DNA from: Rhodothermales bacterium
GTDB taxonomy: Bacteria; Bacteroidota; Rhodothermia; Rhodothermales; Bin80
Length of the DNA stretch: 61,930 nt
Direction of reading: 5' to 3'
Assembly: GCA_022820435.1 (NCBI GenBank)
Contig: JAJEFL010000191.1
Location: 1-61,930, forward strand
Position numbers and translations under genes: made by a program. Shown one piece after another: positions 40,437-49,479 of the stretch (the stretch's first letter is position 1; each line of letters starts with the position of its first letter). Under the pieces are notes generated by a model, which was not told the DNA's origin, searched no databases, and saw only the letters and a program-made list of their open reading frames with translations.

Positions 40437-41759
40437 ATGAAATCCAGAACGTTTACCCGTCGCAGTTTTTTGAAAGGTATGGGAGGCGCAGCCGCGCTCC
40501 CCGTCATTATACCTGCATCCGCTCTTGGGCGGGGCCATCGCCCCGCTCCCAGTGAACGAATCAATATGGGGTTTATTGGAATGGGCAGTATGGGGATTAA
40601 TAACCTGCGGGGGTTCATTGAAAAACCGGATGTTCAGGTCTTGGCGGTATGTGATGTGAATACCGCCGGGGATAACTATGCCGGAAGTGGACTGAAAGGG
40701 CGTGAACCAGCCCGGGAGTTCGTTGAATCAACCTATGCCGAGAACCGTGAGATGGCCTCGTATGCTGGCTGTGCCGGGTATAAATTTTTCTGGCAGATCC
40801 TGGAACGGGAGGATATTGATGCCGTGTGTCTCGCACTTCCAGATCACTGGCACGCGTACATGGCCGTGGCAACTGCCAAGGCAGGGAAGGATATGTACAG
40901 TGAAAAGCCACTGGCTCGGACAATTCGTGAAGGCAGGTTGATGGTAGAAGCGGTGAGGAAATATGGATCCGTTTTTCAGACGGGGAGTCAGCAGCGTTCG
41001 GATCCGCGGTTTCGTCATGCATGCGAGTTGGTCCGCAATGGATATATCGGAGAGATTCAGAAGGTGTATGCACAGGTGGGGGGGATATCCCGTTCCTTCC
41101 CGCATGGGGAGGAACCGGTGCCGGATGGCTTTCTGTATGAGTTATGGCTTGGCAATGCTCCACCCGCCCGGTACCACAGTAAGCGGGTCAGTGGGGGATA
41201 CAATACAGAAGAAGGGGCTTGGCGGGCCTGGAGGCCCTATTCTGCAGGGCATATAGCAGACTGGGGAGCACACAATTTTGATATTTCTCTCTGGGGGCTG
41301 GGACTTGACCGATCTGGTCCAATGCAGATTGTTCATGCGAACGATGCCGAAGAAGAGGAACTCACACTGATATATGCGGATCACCCGCCGATCATCAAGA
41401 AAAAGGGGCCGCATGATGGAATGATTCAGTTCATCGGTACCGATGGATGGGTTGGGGTTAGCCGAGGGGATATCTGGGTTTCGGATGAACGTCTGCTGAC
41501 GCTAGAAATGAAACCCAGCGATACGCGCCTCTATCATAGTGATGATCATCGAAGAGACTTTTTAAATTGCATCAAGACGCGAAGCCAGCCTATATGTGAT
41601 GTTGAAATTGGTCACAGTTCATCGGTTGCCTGCCTGACCAGTGAGATCTGTATGCGCCTGGAACGCACCTTGGAGTTTGATCTGGTGAAAGAGAAGTTTC
41701 GTGATGAAGAGGCCAATCGCCTAGTGGGCAGGAAGATGCGGGGGCCATGGTCATTGTAA
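40437..41759 (+). CDS. Tat-exported Gfo/Idh/MocA oxidoreductase
   Basis: TRRSFLK twin-arginine signal; IGMGSMG, PDHWH, EKP, QTGSQQRS and DWGAH. Confidence 0.92.
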   Translation: MKSRTFTRRSFLKGMGGAAALPVIIPASALGRGHRPAPSERINMGFIGMGSMGINNLRGFIEKPDVQVLAVCDVNTAGDNYAGSGLKGREPAREFVESTYAENREMASYAGCAGYKFFWQILEREDIDAVCLALPDHWHAYMAVATAKAGKDMYSEKPLARTIREGRLMVEAVRKYGSVFQTGSQQRSDPRFRHACELVRNGYIGEIQKVYAQVGGISRSFPHGEEPVPDGFLYELWLGNAPPARYHSKRVSGGYNTEEGAWRAWRPYSAGHIADWGAHNFDISLWGLGLDRSGPMQIVHANDAEEEELTLIYADHPPIIKKKGPHDGMIQFIGTDGWVGVSRGDIWVSDERLLTLEMKPSDTRLYHSDDHRRDFLNCIKTRSQPICDVEIGHSSSVACLTSEICMRLERTLEFDLVKEKFRDEEANRLVGRKMRGPWSL

Positions 41760-41926
41760 TCAGGGATGCCGGATATGCTGAGGGTTGCAGTTGGTGCGTG
41801 GTTATGTTCGTCACCTAAATTCCCATCATTTTGATGATTACACAGGCAGCCCCAAAAAGATTGTATTGCGGTTTCGTACAGGCGTGCCGACATTAATTGT
41901 TTCTTGATCTCAACAGGAAAAACTTC

Positions 41927-42331
41927 ATGACGGTCAGGGCCACTCGTCCTCCACTTGATGCGACGGGCATTACTCTTTCAGCCCTCTGTTTTCGGCACTT
42001 CCTTGCAGTGCCGCTCGTTGCTACAGGAATGTTGGCATGGATGGCATCTGAAGTCATTCATATCGGCTTAACCATCGCCCTTGCCGGGGTCATTGTGTTT
42101 GTGGCGCGGCCCAGTTATCAGCGGCACCGCCATGCGGTGGTGCCTGCCCTGTTGGGGGTGGGCCTTACCGTACTCATCGTCGCTATCCTCGGTGAGGATG
42201 TACTGGGCGAATACGCCGAGTCAGGCCTGACGGCGCTTGGCTGTCTAGCGTCAGCAACTTTTTTTCTTGATGACACTTATGCCTCCGTTAATATTTGCAC
42301 CATGGGTGATGAATTTTGCGGACACCGTTAA
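41927..42331 (+). CDS. MerC-like membrane protein, possibly degenerate
   Basis: LDATGITLSALCFRHFLAVP and YQRHRH; about four transmembrane segments. Confidence 0.65.
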   Translation: MTVRATRPPLDATGITLSALCFRHFLAVPLVATGMLAWMASEVIHIGLTIALAGVIVFVARPSYQRHRHAVVPALLGVGLTVLIVAILGEDVLGEYAESGLTALGCLASATFFLDDTYASVNICTMGDEFCGHR

Positions 42332-42469
42332 ATTGGGAATGTCGAACTTGCGAAAAGGAACTTCCATGCTGCATCTTTATCTGGCGTAGTGACAGAGTCT
42401 CTGTCTTGTGTTTTTATGCTCTCTTGATCAGCGAGAAGTCTATGACCTCCGTCTGAAGTTCCGTAGATC

Positions 42470-43690
42470 CTATTCCCTTGCGATGGGAATCTGGGTTAAA
42501 TGCTGCTGAATCGCACCAATCATGCTTTGTGTAAGCGCAAGATTGTTTTTCTCTGCCGTCCATACTTCGTGGAATCTTGCGACTGTCTCGGCAGCTACAT
42601 CCAGTACAAGTTTTTGCGGCAGGCGTGCTTTTGCTGCCAGATGGGAAAGTTCATCCCGCGAAAATTCTGCAAAACGTTTTGTACGGCTGAATTTTAGTGC
42701 AAAAAATTCATCAGGGATATAACAGATGGTTGAGATAAAATCATAGGCGGGAGCCAGAGATGCAGTATGTTGATCCCGATAGATGAGTGACCAATTCTTC
42801 AGATGCGCATCTGCATTACCGATGAGTACATTAAAAACCAGTCGCCGGATCAATTCTTCAATGTCCGCCTGTTGGCCCTCCACGCCCACAATGCCTCCGA
42901 TAGTCCGCATGGAGGCTTTGTCGTATTTGTACTCTGGATAGATTCGGAAAATCTGTGCGAAGTCCTCAACATGAACAGGGGTTCTATCGATCATCCGGTC
43001 AAACCGGTCAATCACAAACGCATGGATACCGAAGGCTTCAATTCCAGAGGGCAGGTTTTCGATCTGATCAACCTTGATCAACTCGGTATGCGGTACATCG
43101 ATTCCAATTGCCCGTGCGAGCTCCATCATGCTATACTCGTTTTGGGGGAGTGCATTGAACTGTTGAGATGGCAACTTAAGGATCCGGTCGCCACCGATGC
43201 CCTGTACGGGAATGGTGATCCCTTTGCCTGTATTCTTTATTGCAGAGAGTTTTAACTGCACGCCTGCCAGAGAAAACCGCAAGGTCTTTTCCTGAAATTT
43301 TTTTTGCTTTGCCCCACTCTTTGCAGTGGGCGGGAATTCCTGCCCGTCAGCAGGTTGCACAATCACTGCACCCGGCAAATCCTGTCCGAGTATCCAAAGA
43401 AGAAAGAACTCACGCACACTCTTGACCCGCGCCTGTTCTGCCAAATAATGACGCAAAGGCCCTTCCGGTAATAGATTAGAGAACCAGGGAATGAGCCGTG
43501 TCTGAATCGTACCAAAATTGGTCATTAACTGCCCAAGCGAGTCCTTGAATCCCAGTCCAAGAAGCGGACGGTGTGGATCGTTGATATAGTCCTGTGTGAA
43601 GGCAAAGAGGCTGCGGTCTGCACCAATGTGAGTCAGCGTTCCAATTTGTTTTCCATGGAGAAGCACTTCCAGGATGGAAACATCAGACAT
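42470..43690 (-). CDS. hipA: HipA-family Ser/Thr kinase toxin with fused N-terminal coupling domain
   Basis: FSNLLPEG, SLAGVQLK, IGNADAHLKN and LAPAYD; ATG 43690 overlaps the upstream gene's stop. Confidence 0.9.
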   Translation of the reverse strand: MSDVSILEVLLHGKQIGTLTHIGADRSLFAFTQDYINDPHRPLLGLGFKDSLGQLMTNFGTIQTRLIPWFSNLLPEGPLRHYLAEQARVKSVREFFLLWILGQDLPGAVIVQPADGQEFPPTAKSGAKQKKFQEKTLRFSLAGVQLKLSAIKNTGKGITIPVQGIGGDRILKLPSQQFNALPQNEYSMMELARAIGIDVPHTELIKVDQIENLPSGIEAFGIHAFVIDRFDRMIDRTPVHVEDFAQIFRIYPEYKYDKASMRTIGGIVGVEGQQADIEELIRRLVFNVLIGNADAHLKNWSLIYRDQHTASLAPAYDFISTICYIPDEFFALKFSRTKRFAEFSRDELSHLAAKARLPQKLVLDVAAETVARFHEVWTAEKNNLALTQSMIGAIQQHLTQIPIARE

Positions 43691-44282
43691 GACCATCCTC
43701 CTCGTCAAGAGAATAGGCGGGTTTTTCGGATAGACTTTGATTGCGCGGTGATTGTGAGCGTTCAATTTGGTTTCGCAGGGCTTCGGTTCGCTTCAAAAGG
43801 GCTTCAAATTTTTCAGCATCAATTGGCATAGCATGAAGCCGTTCCAGATATTTGACCCATCTGGTATAGTTTTTCGTCTGATCCGCCGGAATACGAATCC
43901 GCTCAAGAAAACGGATCAGTTCCTGCAGGTATTGAACCTGCTTTGCGGTTTGATCTAATTGAGTAAGTCTCTGCGTTACATGATCAACGGCAATTTTGCC
44001 CCGGGCAGAGAGTTTACGGCTGATCGTACTCTTTGGCGATGTGGTCCGAATAATTGACTGAACGGCGGGGAGGCATGTTCGGGGCACAAGTTCCAGTTCC
44101 AGTTCCAGTGCTCGAAACAGTGCCACCAAACTCGAAAGCCGCAGATCAACGGCACCGTTTTCAAATTTTGAAATTTGCGCCTGCTGTACACCAGAGATTT
44201 CACTCAATTCCCGTTGACTCAGTCCCAACCTCACTCTCGCTTTTCGGAGAGCAGTACGGAGATGATCGGATTCGTAACTCAT
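43683..44282 (-). CDS. XRE/HipB-like helix-turn-helix antitoxin
   Basis: GLSQRELSEISGVQQAQISKFENG; directly upstream of and overlapping hipA. Confidence 0.82.
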   Translation of the reverse strand: MSYESDHLRTALRKARVRLGLSQRELSEISGVQQAQISKFENGAVDLRLSSLVALFRALELELELVPRTCLPAVQSIIRTTSPKSTISRKLSARGKIAVDHVTQRLTQLDQTAKQVQYLQELIRFLERIRIPADQTKNYTRWVKYLERLHAMPIDAEKFEALLKRTEALRNQIERSQSPRNQSLSEKPAYSLDEEDGHV

Positions 44283-44546
44283 ATCAATAGTTGATCAGAC
44301 ATCAATTCAGTTATTGATATAGTATTGTATGTCAAAAATGCAATCATGTTCCAAGCTTGGGGTCAGACGAAATTTTTGCATGGAGGTCACTTTGATGTAA
44401 GCCGCCGTAATAGGATGGAACTGCTACCAATGCATTTACAGATTTACCGATCTGTTTCACGGCAGTAATTCTTGTCTCTCCTGTTTGCAGAACGGCGCTC
44501 GGAGCGTGATCAACTTCTTTGACTTCTCTCAGGGGAGAGGCTCGGG

Positions 44547-45872
44547 TTACTGCCAGGGTATTCGGCCGCTGTCTCGTATATACTGTCGCAATGCGGCGGC
44601 GAGTTGACGGAAGATCTCCGGTTCGGTTGCGGACAGGTCTGTGGTTTCAAGCGGGTCCCGCTCCAGGTTATACAGTTCCAGTGGAGCATAGGGGCTGTTA
44701 TGCAGCAGTTTCCAGGGGCCTCTGCGAACGGCTTCAATGGTTTTGCCGCTAAAGCGAACTCCTCCTTCACGTCTGGAGAAAAAGATGATCCGATCCCTGT
44801 CTGGCGGGGAACCGCCACGAAATGAATCAAAAAAGCTGAGTCCGTCGATCCTGTGTGGAATCCGAATTCCAGCTGCTTCAAGGATCGTCGGATAAATATC
44901 CATTGTCGTTAGCACAGTATTGTTCTCGCTGCCTGCAGAGGTATGTTCTGGGAAGGAGGCAATTGCCGGAACCCGAATCCCCCCTTCATACACTGTGCCC
45001 TTTCCCTCTCGCAGGGGCCCGTTATTCGCCCCTACATTCAGCTGCCCACCATTATCACTGACAAACATCACGAGCGTATTTTCATCAAATCCGTTTTCAT
45101 GTAAGGATTGGAGAACCTGCCCAATGCCTTCGTCCATGTGCTCAATCAGGGCGACAAGTCTGGCTCTTGTGGTATCGATGCCTGTCTCTCGGCGGAGAAT
45201 GTGATCAACCCATTCATCTGGCGGCTGAATGGGGGTATGCGGAGCATTATAGGAGAGGTACAGGAAGAACGGTGCGGAGGAACTGGTACGGCTTTCAATG
45301 TAACGCACGGCCCAGTTGGAGAACAGGTCGGTTGCGTGTCCTTCCGGGCGAATCGTTTCCTCGCCGCGGCGCATGTAATTGAGACCATGCCGCCGGTGAT
45401 GGTAGTAATCATCCATCATGTCTCCCAGAAATCCCTCAAAATGCTCAAACCCCCGATCTATCGGACGGTCGGGGGCCTCCAGCCCGAGATGCCATTTGCC
45501 GACCATTGCAGTGTGATATCCGTGGCTGCGAAGCATTTCCGGCAGCAGGTTTACACCCTCTGCGAGGTTCCCCCAATTATTTGCGGCATGTGTACGAATG
45601 ACTCCAGGGACACCGACCAGCGGGGGATATCGGCCGGAGAGCAGGGAGGCTCTGGTGGGGGAGCAGACGGGGGAGTTCGCATAGAACTGTGTGAAGCGAA
45701 CGCCATTGGCCGCCAGGCTGTCCAGAGCCGGTGAGTGCAGATCGTCGGCCCCGTATGCCGACAGATCGCCGTATCCAAGATCGTCCGCTACAATGAGGAC
45801 AATATTCGGTTTTTGGGCGACAGCAGCAGCGGTCCAGAAGACTGGCAGGAGGAGTAACAACAGCCTTGGCAT
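44547..45872 (-). CDS. Secreted sulfatase (S1)
   Basis: VADDLGYGD, CSPTRASLLSG, GKWHLG and SDNGG. Confidence 0.93.
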   Translation of the reverse strand: MPRLLLLLLPVFWTAAAVAQKPNIVLIVADDLGYGDLSAYGADDLHSPALDSLAANGVRFTQFYANSPVCSPTRASLLSGRYPPLVGVPGVIRTHAANNWGNLAEGVNLLPEMLRSHGYHTAMVGKWHLGLEAPDRPIDRGFEHFEGFLGDMMDDYYHHRRHGLNYMRRGEETIRPEGHATDLFSNWAVRYIESRTSSSAPFFLYLSYNAPHTPIQPPDEWVDHILRRETGIDTTRARLVALIEHMDEGIGQVLQSLHENGFDENTLVMFVSDNGGQLNVGANNGPLREGKGTVYEGGIRVPAIASFPEHTSAGSENNTVLTTMDIYPTILEAAGIRIPHRIDGLSFFDSFRGGSPPDRDRIIFFSRREGGVRFSGKTIEAVRRGPWKLLHNSPYAPLELYNLERDPLETTDLSATEPEIFRQLAAALRQYIRDSGRIPWQ

Positions 45873-46149
45873 ATCCCAGTCGGTATATGGTGTAGGTTAA
45901 ATCTCAAGTTATGTGCCCAAATCAAGATATCCGGCTAAAATGTCGCAGCAGATATTTTGAGCAAACGTCCGATTTTGGGTGATTCTTCGTGAAGATAGCA
46001 ATTTTAGTTCCTTTTCACTGTAGGCAGTGTCTATGATCTTCATTCGGGATTCAGTCGGGTGGATTTTGAGTCACAGGTCCCCGCACGGCAATGAGTTGCA
46101 AAGTTCGGGTTTTGTTCGTAGTATGGTGTCGTACTAGACTCTGATTCGG

Positions 46150-46647
46150 TTGAATTACTTCACACACTCACCTCGCATACGGGATCCCCAAAAATCCGTT
46201 TTGGTGGCTCGCCAGATATTGTGGCTGGTATACAGACATGGCAAAGTCGTGACACCGTTTCAATTAATTAAACTGGCCTATATCAGTCATGGGTGGATGT
46301 TGGCCTTGCATGATCGCTCACTGTTCCGTGAACCGGTGGAAGCATGGCCTTACGGCCCCATTGTGCCCAAGATATATCATAAATTCAGAAAGTTTGGCGG
46401 GAATCAGATCACGGCTTCCCGGAAGGATTACAGGGATCATTTTGACGGGTGTGAGTTAGACATTATGGAGCAAGTTGTCAATGCCTATGGTGACTATACG
46501 GGCATTCAACTGTCCAGTCTCATGCATAAGCATGGAAGTCCCTGGGACACGACGATGACTATGTTGGGCCCGAAGGCAATAATCTCCAACGATTTAATCA
46601 AACTATATTACCGAAGTCTTGTATCTGCCCGGAGATCGCATCGGTAA
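46150..46647 (+). CDS. Panacea (DUF4065/SocA-like) antitoxin-domain protein
   Basis: TPFQLIKLAY, EAWPYGPIVP.IY and LSSLMH..GSPW. Start uncertain. Confidence 0.82.
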   Translation: MNYFTHSPRIRDPQKSVLVARQILWLVYRHGKVVTPFQLIKLAYISHGWMLALHDRSLFREPVEAWPYGPIVPKIYHKFRKFGGNQITASRKDYRDHFDGCELDIMEQVVNAYGDYTGIQLSSLMHKHGSPWDTTMTMLGPKAIISNDLIKLYYRSLVSARRSHR

Positions 46648-46674
46648 TCGGTAGATAGATGCAGGGAATAAGTT

Positions 46675-47766
46675 CTACGGTTCTATCAGGCAGTTCCAGC
46701 CTGATAGTATTTGTTTTTCGGTGATTTTGTTGGTGATATACGCGCTTCCAATCTCCTGGAGGAGGATGAGGCGAAGGCTGCCAGATTGAACTTTCTTATC
46801 ATAGTACATCGCTCGGAGCAGTTCTTTGGGATCAAGGTGACGGATTGAGTTCCGCACGGGCAGTCGCTGCAGGAGAGAATGGATGATTTCGTGCGGTAGA
46901 TCAGGGTTGAGCATTGCAGACACTCTGGCGGCGGCACGCATGCCAAGGGCAACGGCCTCTCCGTGTGTGAACTCTCCGTATCCTGCAATTCGCTCAATTG
47001 CATGCGCAAAGGTGTGTCCAAAGTTCAGAATTGCCCGTCTGGAGGCTTCCCGTTCATCTTCACTGACCACCTCTGCTTTGATCTTGGCTGCCCGTAGGAC
47101 CATGCGCCGGATGATGGCTGGGTTCCGACGAAGAATGCTGTCCCAGTTCACAGACAATTCCTCTGCAAAATCTGCATCCGCAATCAATCCATGTTTGACC
47201 ACCTCCGCAAGCCCGCTTCGCCATTCCAGTTCTGGAAGACTCTGGAGCAGATCCAGATCGGTGAGTACCAGTTTTGGCTGATAAAATGCTCCGATCAGGT
47301 TCTTGCCCAGAGCATGATTAATTCCGGTCTTCCCTCCGATAGAACTATCCACTTGTGCAATCAGAGATGTCGGCAGGTGCACCAGTGGCAGGCCGCGAAG
47401 CAGGGTAGCCGCAGCAAAGCCCGCCAGATCTCCAATCACGCCTCCGCCAAGTGCAAGAACCGGAGTTTGGCGATCAATACCTGCTCCTAAAGCTTGATCA
47501 TAGATACGCTGCAGCAGGTTGGGCTGTTTAGACGACTCCCCTGGCGGAAGGAGGATTGTCGTAAGATTTTTCCAGCCAGATTCGTGGAGGATATCCTGAA
47601 GTGTTTCCAGATAAAGGGCAGCCACATTGGTGTCGGTCACAATGATGCAAGGTCCCTTTCGAAGTCCATTTGCATCTAACGAGGACGGCAGTGCCTGCAG
47701 ACCGGAAAACTGAATCGGGTACGCACGCCCATGATCCAGCTGTACCTGCACAATAGCTTCGCTCAT
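46675..47766 (-). CDS. aroB: 3-dehydroquinate synthase
   Basis: GESSK, ALGGGVIGDLAGF, DSSIGGKTG, LNFGHT and HGEAVA. Confidence 0.96.
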   Translation of the reverse strand: MSEAIVQVQLDHGRAYPIQFSGLQALPSSLDANGLRKGPCIIVTDTNVAALYLETLQDILHESGWKNLTTILLPPGESSKQPNLLQRIYDQALGAGIDRQTPVLALGGGVIGDLAGFAAATLLRGLPLVHLPTSLIAQVDSSIGGKTGINHALGKNLIGAFYQPKLVLTDLDLLQSLPELEWRSGLAEVVKHGLIADADFAEELSVNWDSILRRNPAIIRRMVLRAAKIKAEVVSEDEREASRRAILNFGHTFAHAIERIAGYGEFTHGEAVALGMRAAARVSAMLNPDLPHEIIHSLLQRLPVRNSIRHLDPKELLRAMYYDKKVQSGSLRLILLQEIGSAYITNKITEKQILSGWNCLIEP

Positions 47767-47780
47767 AGGATCCGGGTCCA

Positions 47781-47810
47781 AATTCCGGGGCCGGCTGCGG
47801 CCCCGGAATT
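47781..47810 (-). terminator. 13-bp perfect hairpin between the protease gene and aroB
   Basis: AATTCCGGGGCCG-gctg-CGGCCCCGGAATT, with only a short U tract. Confidence 0.55.
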
Positions 47811-47849
47811 CGGTTCATTTGAGTTTGCTCTGTTTCGTGAGCAGGCTGA

Positions 47850-49400
47850 CTATTCAGGCTTCGTGAGTGCAGTCATTAGAGGCAGGAACTCATTCGTATC
47901 TTCGGTGACCGGCTGAATCCGCAGCACCTTGACTAAAAAGGTTGCACCCGGTTTAATGTCTTTGTATGCACGCCGGAAGTCTCGAATATTTTTCACGGGC
48001 TCCCGATTGATTTCCACAATGACATCGTTCGGGCGCAGATCTGACTCATCAAACGCTCTACTGCTTTCATCAATGGATTGAATCCAAACCCCTTCAATCT
48101 CTTCAGAGACATAAAAGCGCTCTTCCAGTGTTTCCTGATTCAGATTCTGAAGCTTAAGTCCAAGTTCGTCCAGATTCCCCTGATCGTCACGCTCCGTCTC
48201 ATCCGGTTCGTCATTGCGCGAAAGATTTTCAGGGAGTGATCCCAGCGTGACTTCAATTTGAATTCGTTCCTCTCCGCGGATAATATCAAGCAGGACCTGA
48301 TCTCCAGGGGCTTTATTTCCGATGGTCGCTCTCAAAAGCAGGTAGTCAGCGAGTTCTACCCCGTCAATGCCTGCAATGATGTCACCGGCTTTCACGCCGG
48401 CCTTATCGGCGGCGGTATCTTTCTCTACCCGTCTGACCTGTGCAGAGCCTGGAGGTGCATCCATTGCGGTGGCGAGGGATTGGGATACACGGTCAAATTG
48501 TATGCCGAGGAATCCGCGCTCTACGCGCCCCTTATCAATGAGCTGAGTTGCTACATTGCTCACAATGGAGACGGGAATCGCGAACCCAATCCCGGCATTA
48601 TTGCCTGTGGGGGAGAGGATCGCGGAATTGATGCCGACCAACTGCCCACTCATGTTGACCAGAGGCCCTCCTGAATTGCCCCGATTGATTGCGGCATCGG
48701 TTTGAATAAAGTCTGAATAAAGGTTGATCCGGGCGAGCCGGTTACTGGTGCGCCCGACAGCGCTCACGATGCCCGCGGTGACGGTATTATCCAGGGCTTC
48801 GTCCAGTGGGGACCCGAATGCCATCACCCACTGCCCGACACGCACATTGCCTGATGGAGCAAGGGTCACGGTTGGCAGGTCGGTTTCATTAATCCGGATC
48901 ACTGCCAGATCCGAATCCTGGTCACGGCCGATCACTTCTGCGGTGAGGGTGCGGCCGTCATAGAGCAGGACCTGTAACTTGTCTGCACTCCCGACTACAT
49001 GGTCATTGGTCACAATGTACCCGTCAGAGCGGATCAGGACACCTGAACCCAGCCCTTGACGGACCTGTGGAAGGCCTGGAATACCATTATTCGGCATGAA
49101 CTGCTCAAATGGAGTGCCCTCCCACGGATTACTATTGCTCTGGAGTTCAAGCTTCTCTGTGGATCGAATCTGTACGACAGAGGGGTTCACCGCCTCCGCA
49201 ACATCCACAAAGGCCTCCTCCCATTCCAGGCGTGCACTTTCAGATGGAGCCTGCAGGATGGTGGAGCTGCCGGCCCGCAGATCTGTGCCGACCTTGTGCC
49301 CCTGATCAAATAAGTTAACCCCCAGGGTTGCCGCAAGGACACCGGCAACAAATACGCTGACGGTCAGAATGATGGTTGGAACAACACGGATTTTGTTCAT
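47850..49400 (-). CDS. Do/DegP/DegQ-family serine endoprotease with two PDZ domains
   Basis: GLGSG, TNDHV, DLAV and AINRGNSGGPL catalytic motifs. Confidence 0.95.
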   Translation of the reverse strand: MNKIRVVPTIILTVSVFVAGVLAATLGVNLFDQGHKVGTDLRAGSSTILQAPSESARLEWEEAFVDVAEAVNPSVVQIRSTEKLELQSNSNPWEGTPFEQFMPNNGIPGLPQVRQGLGSGVLIRSDGYIVTNDHVVGSADKLQVLLYDGRTLTAEVIGRDQDSDLAVIRINETDLPTVTLAPSGNVRVGQWVMAFGSPLDEALDNTVTAGIVSAVGRTSNRLARINLYSDFIQTDAAINRGNSGGPLVNMSGQLVGINSAILSPTGNNAGIGFAIPVSIVSNVATQLIDKGRVERGFLGIQFDRVSQSLATAMDAPPGSAQVRRVEKDTAADKAGVKAGDIIAGIDGVELADYLLLRATIGNKAPGDQVLLDIIRGEERIQIEVTLGSLPENLSRNDEPDETERDDQGNLDELGLKLQNLNQETLEERFYVSEEIEGVWIQSIDESSRAFDESDLRPNDVIVEINREPVKNIRDFRRAYKDIKPGATFLVKVLRIQPVTEDTNEFLPLMTALTKPE

Positions 49401-49479
49401 TGGACTGGATTAAGATGTTAGGATTTTGTTTGTGAGTAGATACGAAATGCAAACAACGGGCCAAAGCCTTTTCGTAGTA

